Shown here piece after piece: positions 26,531 through 37,101 of a DNA stretch of 64,000 nt. The notes below the pieces were generated by a model, which did not search any database, had not been told where the DNA came from, and saw only the letters and a program-made list of their open reading frames with translations. A program made the position numbers and the translations under genes. The stretch comes from a virus: the IMG/VR virus record IMGVR_UViG_3300012347_000211, positions 32,001-96,000 of that record; one strand, written 5' to 3'. How positions within the stretch are numbered: the first letter of the stretch is position 1; each line of letters begins with the position of its first letter.

Positions 26531-29077
26531 TCAGAATTTTCCGACGACTTCAGTGAAATCTACGCCAGTACGGACTGCAACGAAGTTCAACTGGATAAAG
26601 TTGATCGACTTAGCAGGCTTGATGTAGATATCGCCAACGAATTCGTTGCGGTCAATTACTTCGCCAGTGTTGTTTGTAGTATCGCAAACGACCTTGAAGT
26701 CGTAGATACCACGACGACCCTGTACGTCGCGTAGGAATGGTTCAACCAATGCACGGAACTGAGCACGTGTGAAGTCATCGTTGAATTCGAACAATGTGAA
26801 CTTAGCTGCTGTTGCAACTGCCTTCTCAAGCACGATGAACAAACGACGTACGTTAATACGATCGAATGCGCTTGGCTTGTTGAGCAATGTCTTGTCACCA
26901 AACAAGATCACGCCTTGACCAGGGAAAGCAACAACTGGGTTGACGCCTGCCTTGTAAAGGATATCGCGCTCAGCCTTATCAGGGTTGAAAGCGAGCTTAA
27001 CAACGTTCTTGATCTGACCGCGGTTGAAACCAGCTGGAGACCACCATGGATCACGCAAGTCATCAGTACGTACGCACAAACCACCAGTATCGCCGTTCAA
27101 CGGGATCCAACGGTATACGTCGTTGTACTTGTCGTATTGGTACTTGTAACCGGAGTCAAGCACAGCATAAGAAGTGCTACGCAACGAGTTACGGAAGTTC
27201 ACTACGTTTGTTTCTTCAGATCCATCTGACACACGAACGACGTCGTCTTTGTCTGGAGAAATGAATACCACGCAATCTTTACGCTTTTCGGCAACGTTGT
27301 CGATCAGGTAGTTAGCCAATTGACCGAAGTTGTCGTTCGATGTACCACGAGCCTTACCAGCAAGGAGCAACGAAACGTCAACATCTTCAGCAGAAGCGAA
27401 CAAGTCATATGCACGAGTCAAGTCACCGATAGCGATAGTCGATTCGTCGGAACCGTCTTGGCCTTGAGTAAATGATAGCGACAATGGCTTTGTATTGGTG
27501 GAAGAAGCGATTGTACGAGCGTTTGCAGAAGCTGCGCCGGCACGATCGTTAGCAAACCATACGTATTGCGATGCGTCGTTGATTACAGTCTTGTAGTAGT
27601 TTACAGCGCCGTCTTTGGTCTTAGCATCAGTTGCACGTGAAAGTCCAGAGAACACTTCAACAACTGTACCTGGGATACCAGAAACTTCACCATCTTCGTC
27701 TACAACCACAACGTGAACTTCATCAACAGCGGCGGTGTTACCGAAGCTGGTTACATATTCGCTGGTGCCTGGAGCAACAGAAACGTTGTTGTAGTATTCC
27801 CACTTACGGGTCAACTTGTTAGTAGCTTCAACAGAAGTGTCGAAAGCTGTAGCAAGTGTGTATTGGTTATCTGTAGTGATTGTGAAAGAAGCAGCTGTCG
27901 AGTTGACAGTCAATCCGCTAACAGCAGTAACTTTCAGATATTGCTTACCGATAGACGAGTTACCAACTTCAACCACATCACCGATAGTGAGCGAGTTGAG
28001 GGTAGTGTTAGCTGTCGTGGTTGGCAAACCATCAACAAAACGTCCTGCGATACGAGCAGTAGCAGCGCTGGTTGCACCAACGATGTTGTAGCTACCTGCA
28101 GTGTACAATGCCCAAGCAGTGTTCTGACCTGTGGTAGACGACACGGTGATTGCAGTGGAGTTTACAGCAGAAACTGTACCCATAGCCACGTTAGCAGTAC
28201 CGTTAGATTGGTATACTGTTTCAGCAACTTGCCATGTACCGCTGATGTTTGTAACAGTCAATACGCCGTTTTGTGCGTTTGCCTGAACAACAACGTTCAA
28301 TTGAGTAGCGCCAACAGCCATGCTTGCTTTAGTAGCAGTGCCGTCGATGAAAGAGTTACCAGCTAGGATTTGGTCGGAAGAGTATGCTGCTGCAGAGTCG
28401 CAAACAGAAATCTTCAACGAGTTACCAATGCTTCCTGGATACTTAGCGATGTACTGGACATCAGTATCGTCATCCAATGTCGCACCAAACTCTTTATAAT
28501 CATAGTCGTCAGTATTCTTGACGGTGTAGTTATAGATGTTTGTGACGATACCGGAGTTAGCAACAGCCGACTTAACGATTGTTGTATCTTCTGTAACCAA
28601 CGTAACTGCAGTGTTAGTGCTTGCGTTGATCAAGTTTGCGGAAGTGTTGAACACACCTTGAGTGCTTGTCGAGTTGATGGTAACTGCAGTTGCGTTAACA
28701 GTAAGAACTGTACCGACAGCGGAGTTAGCACCAGACGCAAAGCGCTGATATGCTGGTTGACCAACAGTAAAGCCTGTATTAGAAGCGATATTGATAGTGA
28801 TCACACCAGGATTGGTGGTTTTAGCTGCACGTGCGACGTACAACTTATTACCGTAAGCCAAGAAGTTGGCAGCGGTAAAGAATGTTTCAGCGTTAAATGT
28901 TGTCGGCTTACCGAAACGAGCAGCAAGCTCAGACTCGGTACTGACTAACGAACGGGTATCTACAGGACCCCAACGGAACGCGCCAGCGATGGCACCTTCC
29001 GTAGAAGAGACTGCAGGGACAACCGTAGTTAGGTCAATTTCGGACACATTTACGCCAGGACTGACTTGAAATGGCAT
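26531..29077 (-). CDS. gp18: Tail sheath protein (T4 gp18) with large insertions
   Basis: 'SPGV.VSEIDLT', 'PWWSPAGFNRG', 'GDKT', 'SAFDRINVRRLF', 'IKPAKSINFI.LNFVA'. Confidence 0.97.
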   Translation of the reverse strand: MPFQVSPGVNVSEIDLTTVVPAVSSTEGAIAGAFRWGPVDTRSLVSTESELAARFGKPTTFNAETFFTAANFLAYGNKLYVARAAKTTNPGVITINIASNTGFTVGQPAYQRFASGANSAVGTVLTVNATAVTINSTSTQGVFNTSANLINASTNTAVTLVTEDTTIVKSAVANSGIVTNIYNYTVKNTDDYDYKEFGATLDDDTDVQYIAKYPGSIGNSLKISVCDSAAAYSSDQILAGNSFIDGTATKASMAVGATQLNVVVQANAQNGVLTVTNISGTWQVAETVYQSNGTANVAMGTVSAVNSTAITVSSTTGQNTAWALYTAGSYNIVGATSAATARIAGRFVDGLPTTTANTTLNSLTIGDVVEVGNSSIGKQYLKVTAVSGLTVNSTAASFTITTDNQYTLATAFDTSVEATNKLTRKWEYYNNVSVAPGTSEYVTSFGNTAAVDEVHVVVVDEDGEVSGIPGTVVEVFSGLSRATDAKTKDGAVNYYKTVINDASQYVWFANDRAGAASANARTIASSTNTKPLSLSFTQGQDGSDESTIAIGDLTRAYDLFASAEDVDVSLLLAGKARGTSNDNFGQLANYLIDNVAEKRKDCVVFISPDKDDVVRVSDGSEETNVVNFRNSLRSTSYAVLDSGYKYQYDKYNDVYRWIPLNGDTGGLCVRTDDLRDPWWSPAGFNRGQIKNVVKLAFNPDKAERDILYKAGVNPVVAFPGQGVILFGDKTLLNKPSAFDRINVRRLFIVLEKAVATAAKFTLFEFNDDFTRAQFRALVEPFLRDVQGRRGIYDFKVVCDTTNNTGEVIDRNEFVGDIYIKPAKSINFIQLNFVAVRTGVDFTEVVGKF

Positions 29078-29120
29078 ATTGATCTCCCTATAGTAAAGGT
29101 TATACTTTTAGACTTGTGTA

Positions 29121-29128
29121 TATTTATA
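29121..29128 (-). promoter_or_regulatory. Late promoter TATAAATA upstream of gp18
   Basis: Exact consensus in the intergenic gap. Confidence 0.8.
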
Positions 29129-29145
29129 AAATACCCGTTTACTAC

Positions 29146-30783
29146 TTATTGCAGTGTGTAAGCGCGCTCACCAGGATCGCCATCGAATAGCAACCATCTG
29201 TCATCATTGACCGACATGATTATGTCGTCACCTAGTGGCTGCTTATCGTCGATAATGCCAAATGGTGTCAAGTCGTCTTCGAGCATTTTCTGATTTGTCT
29301 CAGAGAATGATCTGCGGAAATCGTTATTGATTACCTCTTTTATATAGGGTTGGTTAATCATCCAGGATAACAACACCAAAGTCATTACCAAGTCATCGTT
29401 GCCATCTTCAGCTTCGAATGACTCGCCCTTTGCAGAGAATCTATAGAGTTCTTGCAGAATTTCGTGATCGTTGATGAACAGTCTATCCGACTCAATCAAC
29501 GTTTTAAGGACACTGCAGCCAATCTTCTTCACGGTCTTCGATGTCTTTACACCGATCTGCATTTGCTGTCCAGCAAAGCCGCCCGAGATGGTTTGGCTTC
29601 CTCTCTCATTCGATGTGAATAGAGTGTTCTCATATTCCAGATCGTAATAAAGAATGTCCGCTACCTGTTTACCAATGTCGTTTGATTCAACGAGTACCAA
29701 CGCATTGTTGTAATGTCTCGCGAACTTGTATACGATATCTGGATACAATAGAGACGAAATCCTGTTGTTCCTATACCGAGCAACCACCTGATATGGGAAG
29801 CTCGTTATGTCAGTTACTGTGAAGGCTGAATAATCTTGTCCAAGTGCTCTTGACGAGTCAACTACAATAGCATATAATCGCTCTGCGGCTGGTTCAGAAT
29901 ATACTTTAATATCTGAGTTCTGATGAATAGGATTGTTGTAAGTTAGCCTCATCAACACGTTAGCGTCGATCAGCGTATTAGAAGAACCCAAGAATTCACA
30001 TTCGTATTCCTGACGGAACTGCTCCGCAGATGTGTTGCGGATCGTTTCTTCTTTCCATCTTTCATCACGGCCAGGCACGCCAGACCAATGAACACTAACT
30101 CTCTTGTAGTCGTTTCGGCCTTCCTCACTATCCTTCCAAATCTTATGAAACATATTCATACCGTTTGGCGTAGATGTGATCAATACCTTAGATGTCTTAC
30201 CAGAAGAGATTGTTGGGTACACAGAAGCGAAGAACTCGTCCTGCAGAGTGTTCTGCACGAAAGCAAATTCGTCAAGGTAGATCAGGTTCTGAGACGTACC
30301 ACGAATAGCACTGGATGATGTAGCAGATGCAATGATCGAAGACTTGTTCGCCAATTCGATGTTGCCCTTGTTCCATTCGACGATGCCTTGCTGAATCCAT
30401 TTAGGTAGATTCTCATAAGCGAATTGCAGACGGCTAAGAATTTCACGAGCCTGTGATAGCTTGTTAGCCAAGATAGCGATCGAGAAGCCTTCGTTAAACA
30501 GCACATACCATAATAGCAGACCAACAATAGCCGTTGTCTTACCACACTGACGTGGCATCTTACACACAACGAAACGATTAGCGATTGCTGTGTTGAAGAT
30601 TTCCTTCTGAAACTCATATGGGCGGAACGGAACCACACCATCATCAACGCTGATGATCTTTACATAGTTTGTGATGAAGTACTCAGCATCCTCTGCACAC
30701 TTTGCATACTCGACAATTTGTTCGGCAGAGAATTCAAGAACGTCTCTGCTAGAGGAGAGGTTCTGGTTACCATTATAAGACAT
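29146..30783 (-). CDS. gp17: Terminase large subunit (T4 gp17)
   Basis: Walker A 'PRQCGKT', Walker B 'IYLDEFAF', 'STPNG', nuclease 'NDDLVM'. Confidence 0.97.
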   Translation of the reverse strand: MSYNGNQNLSSSRDVLEFSAEQIVEYAKCAEDAEYFITNYVKIISVDDGVVPFRPYEFQKEIFNTAIANRFVVCKMPRQCGKTTAIVGLLLWYVLFNEGFSIAILANKLSQAREILSRLQFAYENLPKWIQQGIVEWNKGNIELANKSSIIASATSSSAIRGTSQNLIYLDEFAFVQNTLQDEFFASVYPTISSGKTSKVLITSTPNGMNMFHKIWKDSEEGRNDYKRVSVHWSGVPGRDERWKEETIRNTSAEQFRQEYECEFLGSSNTLIDANVLMRLTYNNPIHQNSDIKVYSEPAAERLYAIVVDSSRALGQDYSAFTVTDITSFPYQVVARYRNNRISSLLYPDIVYKFARHYNNALVLVESNDIGKQVADILYYDLEYENTLFTSNERGSQTISGGFAGQQMQIGVKTSKTVKKIGCSVLKTLIESDRLFINDHEILQELYRFSAKGESFEAEDGNDDLVMTLVLLSWMINQPYIKEVINNDFRRSFSETNQKMLEDDLTPFGIIDDKQPLGDDIIMSVNDDRWLLFDGDPGERAYTLQ

Positions 30784-30786
30784 AGA

Positions 30787-31197
30787 TTAGGAGTTGTTCT
30801 TTTCTTTGAGCATCTTTAGGAGCTCAGCAGTAGAACCAACAAACATATTATTATTGGTCACTTGTTTGTTAGGCCCACTCTCGTCTTGCTTGAGTAGGTC
30901 CTTCTTGCGCTTCTGCAATTCCATCAAGTCTTTGTTTGCAGCAACGAGTGAGTTCATTAGTGTAGCCACAACTTCGTAGCTACGGGGATGCTGAGACTGT
31001 GCTGCAACATCTAGGATACCAGTCAGAGCTTCTTGACCCTTTTCGATCGTGCTCACTAAGTTGCCACGGGCATACTCAAAGTCATCTGAGATCTGTGTTG
31101 GATCTACTTGAGTTATATTGACCGCAGGCAGAACTTCTTGCATCGGAGCAAGATCCAGTGTTCTGCTAATTGGGTCATCTTTCGGTTCACTCATCAC
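30787..31197 (-). CDS. gp16: Terminase small subunit (T4 gp16)
   Basis: 'DFEYAR.NL', 'HPRSYEV', 'NN.FVGSTAELLK'. Confidence 0.9.
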   Translation of the reverse strand: MMSEPKDDPISRTLDLAPMQEVLPAVNITQVDPTQISDDFEYARGNLVSTIEKGQEALTGILDVAAQSQHPRSYEVVATLMNSLVAANKDLMELQKRKKDLLKQDESGPNKQVTNNNMFVGSTAELLKMLKEKNNS

Positions 31198-31988
31198 GTA
31201 TTCCTTATCACAATATGTCCATAATCTGTACTTGGGTCAATCGCAGAAGGGTCGATTGTTATTGCCACGTTCGATGTCGCGGTACCATTAGCCGTCTGCC
31301 CAGGCTCAAATGCCATAGAAGATAGCAGCTCAACTTCGCTTGTGGTATCATCGAAGAAGTTGGTCGTAGCAAGATGAATGAGACCGCTCTTCTTAACAGG
31401 ACCGTAAAAGTAACCTTTGACGATGAAGTCTAGCGTCCAGATAATAGCCTGACGCTCGAGGAAGTTGCCTTCGTATGTATCTTGCGAAGTAACGTTGATT
31501 AATACGATCGGGATGTCCATCGTGATCCCCATTTCAGGAATCAGATTAACAGTCGGTGTGAATTCTGGTGTAAAGTACGGAAGGATTTGTTCAACGATCT
31601 TCGATCCGTCCTCTGCGTTCTTCACTGCAATATACAGAGTGAACGACATATCATACGGTACAGGAACGTATTGTGAATTGAATTGTGTCGGCGAAGCTTG
31701 CTTAAACACCTTGGTTGGTGTTGTTAGTTTGCGGTCAGGTGCGTAGTTCAGAGTGTTTAGCTCAAACCCCATACGCGGCATTCTGATAGCAGTAGCGGTA
31801 TCCAAACGAAGGTCATTCGTGATACGAGCGAGCATCTTTTCTTTTGGTCCGTATGCAATAGGAACCTTCAACGTCTCGATCGGATTATTAGACGCGTCTG
31901 TGCGAGTAATGTAGATGTCGTTGAATAGGGTACCGAATAGCGTAACATACTTACGCATCGTGCCGTGGTAAAAGTCGCTTCCGAACAT
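31194..31988 (-). CDS. gp15: Tail sheath stabilizer/completion protein (T4 gp15)
   Basis: 'FYHG..RK....FGTLFN', 'KVPIAYGPKEK', 'IVEQILPYFTP'. Confidence 0.93.
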   Translation of the reverse strand: MFGSDFYHGTMRKYVTLFGTLFNDIYITRTDASNNPIETLKVPIAYGPKEKMLARITNDLRLDTATAIRMPRMGFELNTLNYAPDRKLTTPTKVFKQASPTQFNSQYVPVPYDMSFTLYIAVKNAEDGSKIVEQILPYFTPEFTPTVNLIPEMGITMDIPIVLINVTSQDTYEGNFLERQAIIWTLDFIVKGYFYGPVKKSGLIHLATTNFFDDTTSEVELLSSMAFEPGQTANGTATSNVAITIDPSAIDPSTDYGHIVIRNT

Positions 31989-32713
31989 TAGAATCTCGTT
32001 TCGCTGAATGGGTTGATCTCAGAGAAGTCTAAGAAGTCGTCTGATTCAGATTGGATTACGTCATTGTCGGCACTAGTATCGATCGACTCGATATCGAATA
32101 CTTCTTGTACAAGCTGTCCACCATCTTCGTTTAGAAGTTCGAACCCATCTTCCTGCAATAGCAGGTCGTACGTAATATCCGTGGAGTACTCTTCTGTAAA
32201 TGCGTCGATCTCGTCTACGCCAGTGTTGAAGAATTCGTTGCTGTATTCCATCAGTTCGCATGTCAAGTCAAATGCTTGCAGTGAACCCATTTGATAGAAC
32301 ACACCTTCGTGCTCTACAAACTTGATCTGATATAGCTTGTGAGTGAGCGGGAAGTAGATCACATCGCCTTCACGTGGGCGCGGAATAGCAAGCTCACTAC
32401 CAACCTCATCAGCAAACACTCTACGTGCTACTGTGAATGTGATCTGGTCTCTGATTTGGATGTTGAATTTAGACAAGAAATCACCATCGCCACCAAACCC
32501 TTCCACGTTCTTGATATACATCTCGATCGGGAATGCTGAATCGAACGTAGACGCTTGTGCGTCTTCGCCGTATATTTGATCGTACCTGGTGATCGATCGT
32601 GGAAGGTAATACAGGTCGTGGCCGTATATTCTGATCGACTCAATGACGAGATCCTCGATAAGCCCTTGCTCCATCGAGGATACGAAATTGTTGAAGAAGA
32701 AATTAGTTGCCAC
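31988..32713 (-). CDS. gp14: Neck protein (T4 gp14)
   Basis: 'EQ.LIEDL..ESI..YG', 'FLSKF', 'RPREGD.IYFP', 'DFSE.NPFS'. Confidence 0.93.
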   Translation of the reverse strand: MATNFFFNNFVSSMEQGLIEDLVIESIRIYGHDLYYLPRSITRYDQIYGEDAQASTFDSAFPIEMYIKNVEGFGGDGDFLSKFNIQIRDQITFTVARRVFADEVGSELAIPRPREGDVIYFPLTHKLYQIKFVEHEGVFYQMGSLQAFDLTCELMEYSNEFFNTGVDEIDAFTEEYSTDITYDLLLQEDGFELLNEDGGQLVQEVFDIESIDTSADNDVIQSESDDFLDFSEINPFSETRF

Positions 32714-32716
32714 GAA

Positions 32717-33460
32717 TTATCCGATCATGTCCATTACTGGAAGGCTGTAGCTGTTGATCATCTCAGCTTCCATAGCCTTGATCTCTTCAGCAGCGTCGTC
32801 CAGGATCTTCTGACCGTTGAACTGAACGCCACCAGGCAGCTGCATGCCGATAAACTTAGTGAGGTTTGCACCCCATTGATATTTGATTTTCGCGGTTGCG
32901 TAGTTCTGCAACCAACGGTCGCCCCATGCATCAGTGTAGATGTCTGGATCTACTACTTGATATGCATCAACGATGATGAAGGAACCTTCTTTGAGGGTAT
33001 TCCAATCCATGTCGATGTTCAATCTGTTCATGTGGCGGTTGTAACGGATAGGCTGTTTGCCTACCAACAACTCTTGAATGATACCAAGATGCTGCATCGT
33101 CATGTAGTACGGGATCATCGAAACAGACGTCAGTGTATACAGGTCGTTCAGAGCAATCTGGTACCTAATGTTGAACAAGTCATCTGCTTTGACCGCAGGA
33201 TCGCCAATGTTAAAAATACTAACAGCGCCAATGATGTTCTCTGGCAACATGATGTATTTGTCGATCTTATTCTGGGCTGTAATCTGGTGCTTGTAGTAAA
33301 CACGCTCGGATCCATCGAAGTGGTAGTCCCAATAGTAACGCAAAGCTTCATCCACGCGGTCATCCACTTGATCGTCATCCACGTTGATTTCGATCACAGG
33401 TTTGCCTAGCTTGCGCAAGCAATACTCTTTGAATTCGTCTTTTGTTGTTGGGACTGCCAT
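32717..33460 (-). CDS. gp13: Neck protein (T4 gp13)
   Basis: 'YCLRKLGKPVIEINVDDDQ', 'QWGANL.KF.G.QLPGGV..NG'. Confidence 0.93.
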   Translation of the reverse strand: MAVPTTKDEFKEYCLRKLGKPVIEINVDDDQVDDRVDEALRYYWDYHFDGSERVYYKHQITAQNKIDKYIMLPENIIGAVSIFNIGDPAVKADDLFNIRYQIALNDLYTLTSVSMIPYYMTMQHLGIIQELLVGKQPIRYNRHMNRLNIDMDWNTLKEGSFIIVDAYQVVDPDIYTDAWGDRWLQNYATAKIKYQWGANLTKFIGMQLPGGVQFNGQKILDDAAEEIKAMEAEMINSYSLPVMDMIG

Positions 33461-33507
33461 ATTTGCTCCTGGTTATCGGGTATTTAGTTTAGTTAAATTC
33501 CCAGCCC

Positions 33508-34632
33508 TCATACCCCCACAGATGTGTCCGTCACGCCGATGTAGTGATTTCCAGATGCAGCAAACTGCATCCATTGGGATCCTGCTACAGGGGGAAGTAT
33601 AGACCTATCCGATTGGGACGTGTTGTTGCTCGTCCACTGTGTTATCTGTCCCGTCACATCGCGCGCATATGTCTTTCCGAGCCACGCCCCCGACCCATAT
33701 ACACTCACCCATCTATTATGAGACATGATTTGTACTGGACTAGAACCATAAGATACGGTCTGTGTCTGACCTTTGCCCCAAGCCCACATAGTTCCATCGG
33801 TCTTGAGCGCTATCATGCTTCCTCCGGTTGGGGCAAGCTCAGCAGAACATACAATCTGCTTCCAGTTGTTGCCACCAGCGATGGTTTGTACTGGACTCGA
33901 TTTGTCGGTAGTAGTGTTGTCGCCAAGTTCGCCGTTGGCGTTATAACCCCACCCCCATAGTGTACCGTCGGTTTTGATTGCGGCCATGCCGCCGTTTCGT
34001 GCTAGCGCAAACTTCCAGTTCGTACCTCCCCCAGTAATTTGAGCAGGCTGCGACACGTTGGTGGTGGCGTTCTGACCGAGGTTTCCGTAGGTACCACTAC
34101 CCCATGTCCACAATGTGCCGTCAGTCTTAATGGCAGCGGCCCCTGAAGTTCCTGCAGACACAAATCTCCACCCTGTGGATGCAACCACTTGCACAGGGCT
34201 AGATCTTCTCTCTGCAAAGCTGGAGAGACCTAGTACATAGTTGCCATTCGACCCCCACGCCCACAATGTGCTATCGGACTTGAGACCCACAGTGTGGTTT
34301 TGGCCTGCGCATATGGTTATCCACCTTCCGGTACTAATCACCTTTACTGGAAATGAGTTGGCCACAGTTGTCCCATCACCAAGCTCGCCAAATGAGTTGG
34401 ACCCCCAAATCCAAGCCGTCCCGTCTGTCTTGATGTATGCCCCATTCCTCCATCCGCTGAACACACTATCAACTGTAGTCTGTGTAGTAGTACTAACATT
34501 ACTATGGACGATTGTGATAGATTGGCGTTTGGCACCACCAGCTAGTTCTGGGTAGTATGCAGTTAATGCCTCATATGTCAGATACACATCCGAGAGATCT
34601 GCGTTTGCTATTTTAAACCCTGTATTTGCCAT
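33508..34632 (-). CDS. RCC1/BLIP-II repeat beta-propeller protein
   Basis: Repeats 'AIKTDGTLW.WG.N..G.LG......SSPVQ'. Confidence 0.85.
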   Translation of the reverse strand: MANTGFKIANADLSDVYLTYEALTAYYPELAGGAKRQSITIVHSNVSTTTQTTVDSVFSGWRNGAYIKTDGTAWIWGSNSFGELGDGTTVANSFPVKVISTGRWITICAGQNHTVGLKSDSTLWAWGSNGNYVLGLSSFAERRSSPVQVVASTGWRFVSAGTSGAAAIKTDGTLWTWGSGTYGNLGQNATTNVSQPAQITGGGTNWKFALARNGGMAAIKTDGTLWGWGYNANGELGDNTTTDKSSPVQTIAGGNNWKQIVCSAELAPTGGSMIALKTDGTMWAWGKGQTQTVSYGSSPVQIMSHNRWVSVYGSGAWLGKTYARDVTGQITQWTSNNTSQSDRSILPPVAGSQWMQFAASGNHYIGVTDTSVGV

Positions 34633-34648
34633 TATTGTTCCGTTCTAA

Positions 34649-35014
34649 TCATTCGTTTGGCAGCTCGATCCAACTCAGACTATCCTCATCCCAGTTGTAG
34701 ATCTTGCCATCATCTGGCATTGGAATTGGAGCTTCCCACAAGCAGGTAGTGTCATTCAGCATCCAGCTAGCGAATGGCTTAGCGAATATGAAAGCATCTC
34801 TGACTTGATCATATGTCCCGCCGATCGATGCATAGTTCATTCTCAGTGCTTCGCCACCGTCGGGTACTCTGTCTGGGCCATAGTGGACCCCGCCCAATGT
34901 ATTATATGATGTCTGAATCCACTGATGTCTATCAGGAAAGGTATCTATAATCGACTGATCAGCAACGATAATCTGCGTCACGATGTTGTTTTCAACTTTT
35001 GCAAAATGTGCCAT
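34649..35014 (-). CDS. Hypothetical protein, probable tail-fibre assembly/chaperone type
   Basis: 'MAHFAK...WIQTSYN...R.NYA.IG..YD..RDAFI..KP..SW...W.AP.P.P'; follows a Gly-rich fibre-like gene. Confidence 0.6.
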   Translation of the reverse strand: MAHFAKVENNIVTQIIVADQSIIDTFPDRHQWIQTSYNTLGGVHYGPDRVPDGGEALRMNYASIGGTYDQVRDAFIFAKPFASWMLNDTTCLWEAPIPMPDDGKIYNWDEDSLSWIELPNE

Positions 35015-35022
35015 ATTATTCC

Positions 35023-37101
35023 TTATGCTGAGAATGGATATCTGATAATAACGATTCCGGAACCACCTGCGCCGCCAACAAATCCTGCGTTATCATCAGC
35101 GCCGTTGCCGCCATCACCAGTGTTACCTGCCGCTGCTGCACCACTCGTGCCACCATATGCATCACCACCTTGGCCTCCAGTCGAGAATGTACTAGATGCT
35201 CCAACAACAGAGCTCCAAGAGCTATACGAGGAATTTCCAGTTCCGCCAGCACCACCAGCACCTGCCACGCCGTTAGTTACAGCACCACCACCACCGGAAC
35301 CACCTAAGCCAGGTGTTGCGCCACCGTTCTTGCCAGTACCTGTACCGAGGCCTGGCGAAGTGCCACCACCACCACCAGGACCAACTTGGCCACCACCACC
35401 ACCTGAACCGTTTGGTGCCACGCCGTATCCAGCTGTACCAGACCAACCGCCAGATCCACCACCACCGCCAGATGATCCTAGTGCACCAACAGACGTTGTG
35501 CCTCCTGTGGATCCCATCGATGTCTGACCTGGAGCTCCTGCACCGCCTGCGCCAATAGTAACAAGATACGTAGTAGCTGTAATAGGAGTTGTTATGAAAC
35601 TGAATCCTCCAGCACCACCACCGCCGCCACGCTTAGCACCACCACCTCCGCCACCACCAACGATCACAGCTTCAATGGTCGTGCCGCCAGCAGCAACTTG
35701 TGTTACAACGAAGTTAGTAGTTGACGTGAACATGTGGTACTTGTATCCACCAAATGTTGCAGTTGTTCCGCCCGTAGCAATAGTTATAGGAGCAGTTACG
35801 TCTGGATAATTAACAGCAAAGAACCCTTGCTCAGTGGCTTGCACCTGCGACCACATTGCGCCATATGCGCCACCGATCTGAACCGGGCTAGATCTCGATA
35901 CTCCACCAGTGCCTAGTCCGAGCTGGCCTTCATTGTTGTATCCCCAAGCCCACAAAGTGCCGTCCGACTTACATGCTGCGGTGATCACTTTTCCAGCAGA
36001 TACCTGCTTCCAGTTGGTGCTACCAGACACAGTTTGTACAGGACTCGATCTATTAGTTGTGCTATTGTCACCTAAGTTTCCTTGGAGATTGAATCCCCAT
36101 GTCCATAGTGTACCGTCGGTCTTAATAGCAGCAGTGTGTCCGAAACCACACGACACCTGTCTCCAAGATCCTCCAGATACTGTTTGTACCGGGCTAGACG
36201 TACTTGTAGTAGAACTGTTACCCAACTGTCCAAATACGTTCCATCCCCAACTCCACAACGTGTTGTCGGACTTGATGGCGGCCATATGGTATGCACCAAC
36301 AGACATGGTTCGCCATGTTGTGCTACTACCCGTAACTTGGCCTGGCACTGAACCAGACTCATCACCAGCAGTACCTCTTCCGAGTTGGCCATAATCATTA
36401 GGTCCCCATGTCCACAATGTGCCATCGTCAAGAAGGCCTGCAGAGTTGGTCCAACCGCTATAGCTCATCACAGCGATACTCTTCCAGTTAGCAGAAGATG
36501 GTGACGGAGTGAGAGTAGGGGATCGGTTTGTTCCATATCCACCAAGTGGCGAGATACCCACACCTAACCATCCAGTTAATCCGCCACTATACATCTTCGT
36601 TACTGGAACACCAGTAGAATAATCACGAACGATGTAGTATGATGCATCACGCGTACTAGCTGCGCTAACAATATACGGTTGAGTGTAGTTGATAGTGTTT
36701 GTATTGACGCTACCTGTTATGGTCGGATCAGAAAATAACGCACCGTTTTGGTATGTTGTGTCGTTAGTGTCTGGACCGAGGGTCATCTTATCATTCAACC
36801 CAACAGCAAATAAAGTACCGTCGTTGCGAGGGATAAGGTCAGCGCCAGACACCAAACCATATTGATATGCCTGGCTTACGCCACCCTGGTGAAGTGCCCA
36901 ATTACCAATGTTGGATATCCTTGCAGGAGCAGCGGGTGCGCCAGGGTCCGGCCCAGTGAGCACACTCTTTCCGAACCTCCACAATTCGCTACCAACGTCT
37001 TGTGGCTTAGCCAACATGGACAATCCCGCACGACGGACGAACAGATCCGCAACGTCAATTGAGGTGTTGGATACTGGGTCGTAAATTTTAAAGTTGGACA
37101 T
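35023..37101 (-). CDS. RCC1-repeat protein with C-terminal glycine-rich domain
   Basis: RCC1 repeats, then 'TFGGYKYHMFT...VGGGGGGG...GGSGIVIIRY'. Confidence 0.8.
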   Translation of the reverse strand: MSNFKIYDPVSNTSIDVADLFVRRAGLSMLAKPQDVGSELWRFGKSVLTGPDPGAPAAPARISNIGNWALHQGGVSQAYQYGLVSGADLIPRNDGTLFAVGLNDKMTLGPDTNDTTYQNGALFSDPTITGSVNTNTINYTQPYIVSAASTRDASYYIVRDYSTGVPVTKMYSGGLTGWLGVGISPLGGYGTNRSPTLTPSPSSANWKSIAVMSYSGWTNSAGLLDDGTLWTWGPNDYGQLGRGTAGDESGSVPGQVTGSSTTWRTMSVGAYHMAAIKSDNTLWSWGWNVFGQLGNSSTTSTSSPVQTVSGGSWRQVSCGFGHTAAIKTDGTLWTWGFNLQGNLGDNSTTNRSSPVQTVSGSTNWKQVSAGKVITAACKSDGTLWAWGYNNEGQLGLGTGGVSRSSPVQIGGAYGAMWSQVQATEQGFFAVNYPDVTAPITIATGGTTATFGGYKYHMFTSTTNFVVTQVAAGGTTIEAVIVGGGGGGGAKRGGGGGAGGFSFITTPITATTYLVTIGAGGAGAPGQTSMGSTGGTTSVGALGSSGGGGGSGGWSGTAGYGVAPNGSGGGGGQVGPGGGGGTSPGLGTGTGKNGGATPGLGGSGGGGAVTNGVAGAGGAGGTGNSSYSSWSSVVGASSTFSTGGQGGDAYGGTSGAAAAGNTGDGGNGADDNAGFVGGAGGSGIVIIRYPFSA

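Noticed and set aside
29146-30783. Intein or intron in the terminase (also checked in uvsW, gp46 and gp20)
   Set aside because: Lengths are normal, motifs are contiguous, and no splicing signatures were seen.
32555-33409. 284-aa + strand ORF and other long antisense ORFs (e.g. 49042-49833, 57478-58164)
   Set aside because: They lie opposite well-supported genes, have no motifs, and are expected from codon bias.
34925-35527. 200-aa proline-rich + strand ORF
   Set aside because: Antisense shadow of the Gly-rich (GGN) coding region of 35023-37101.
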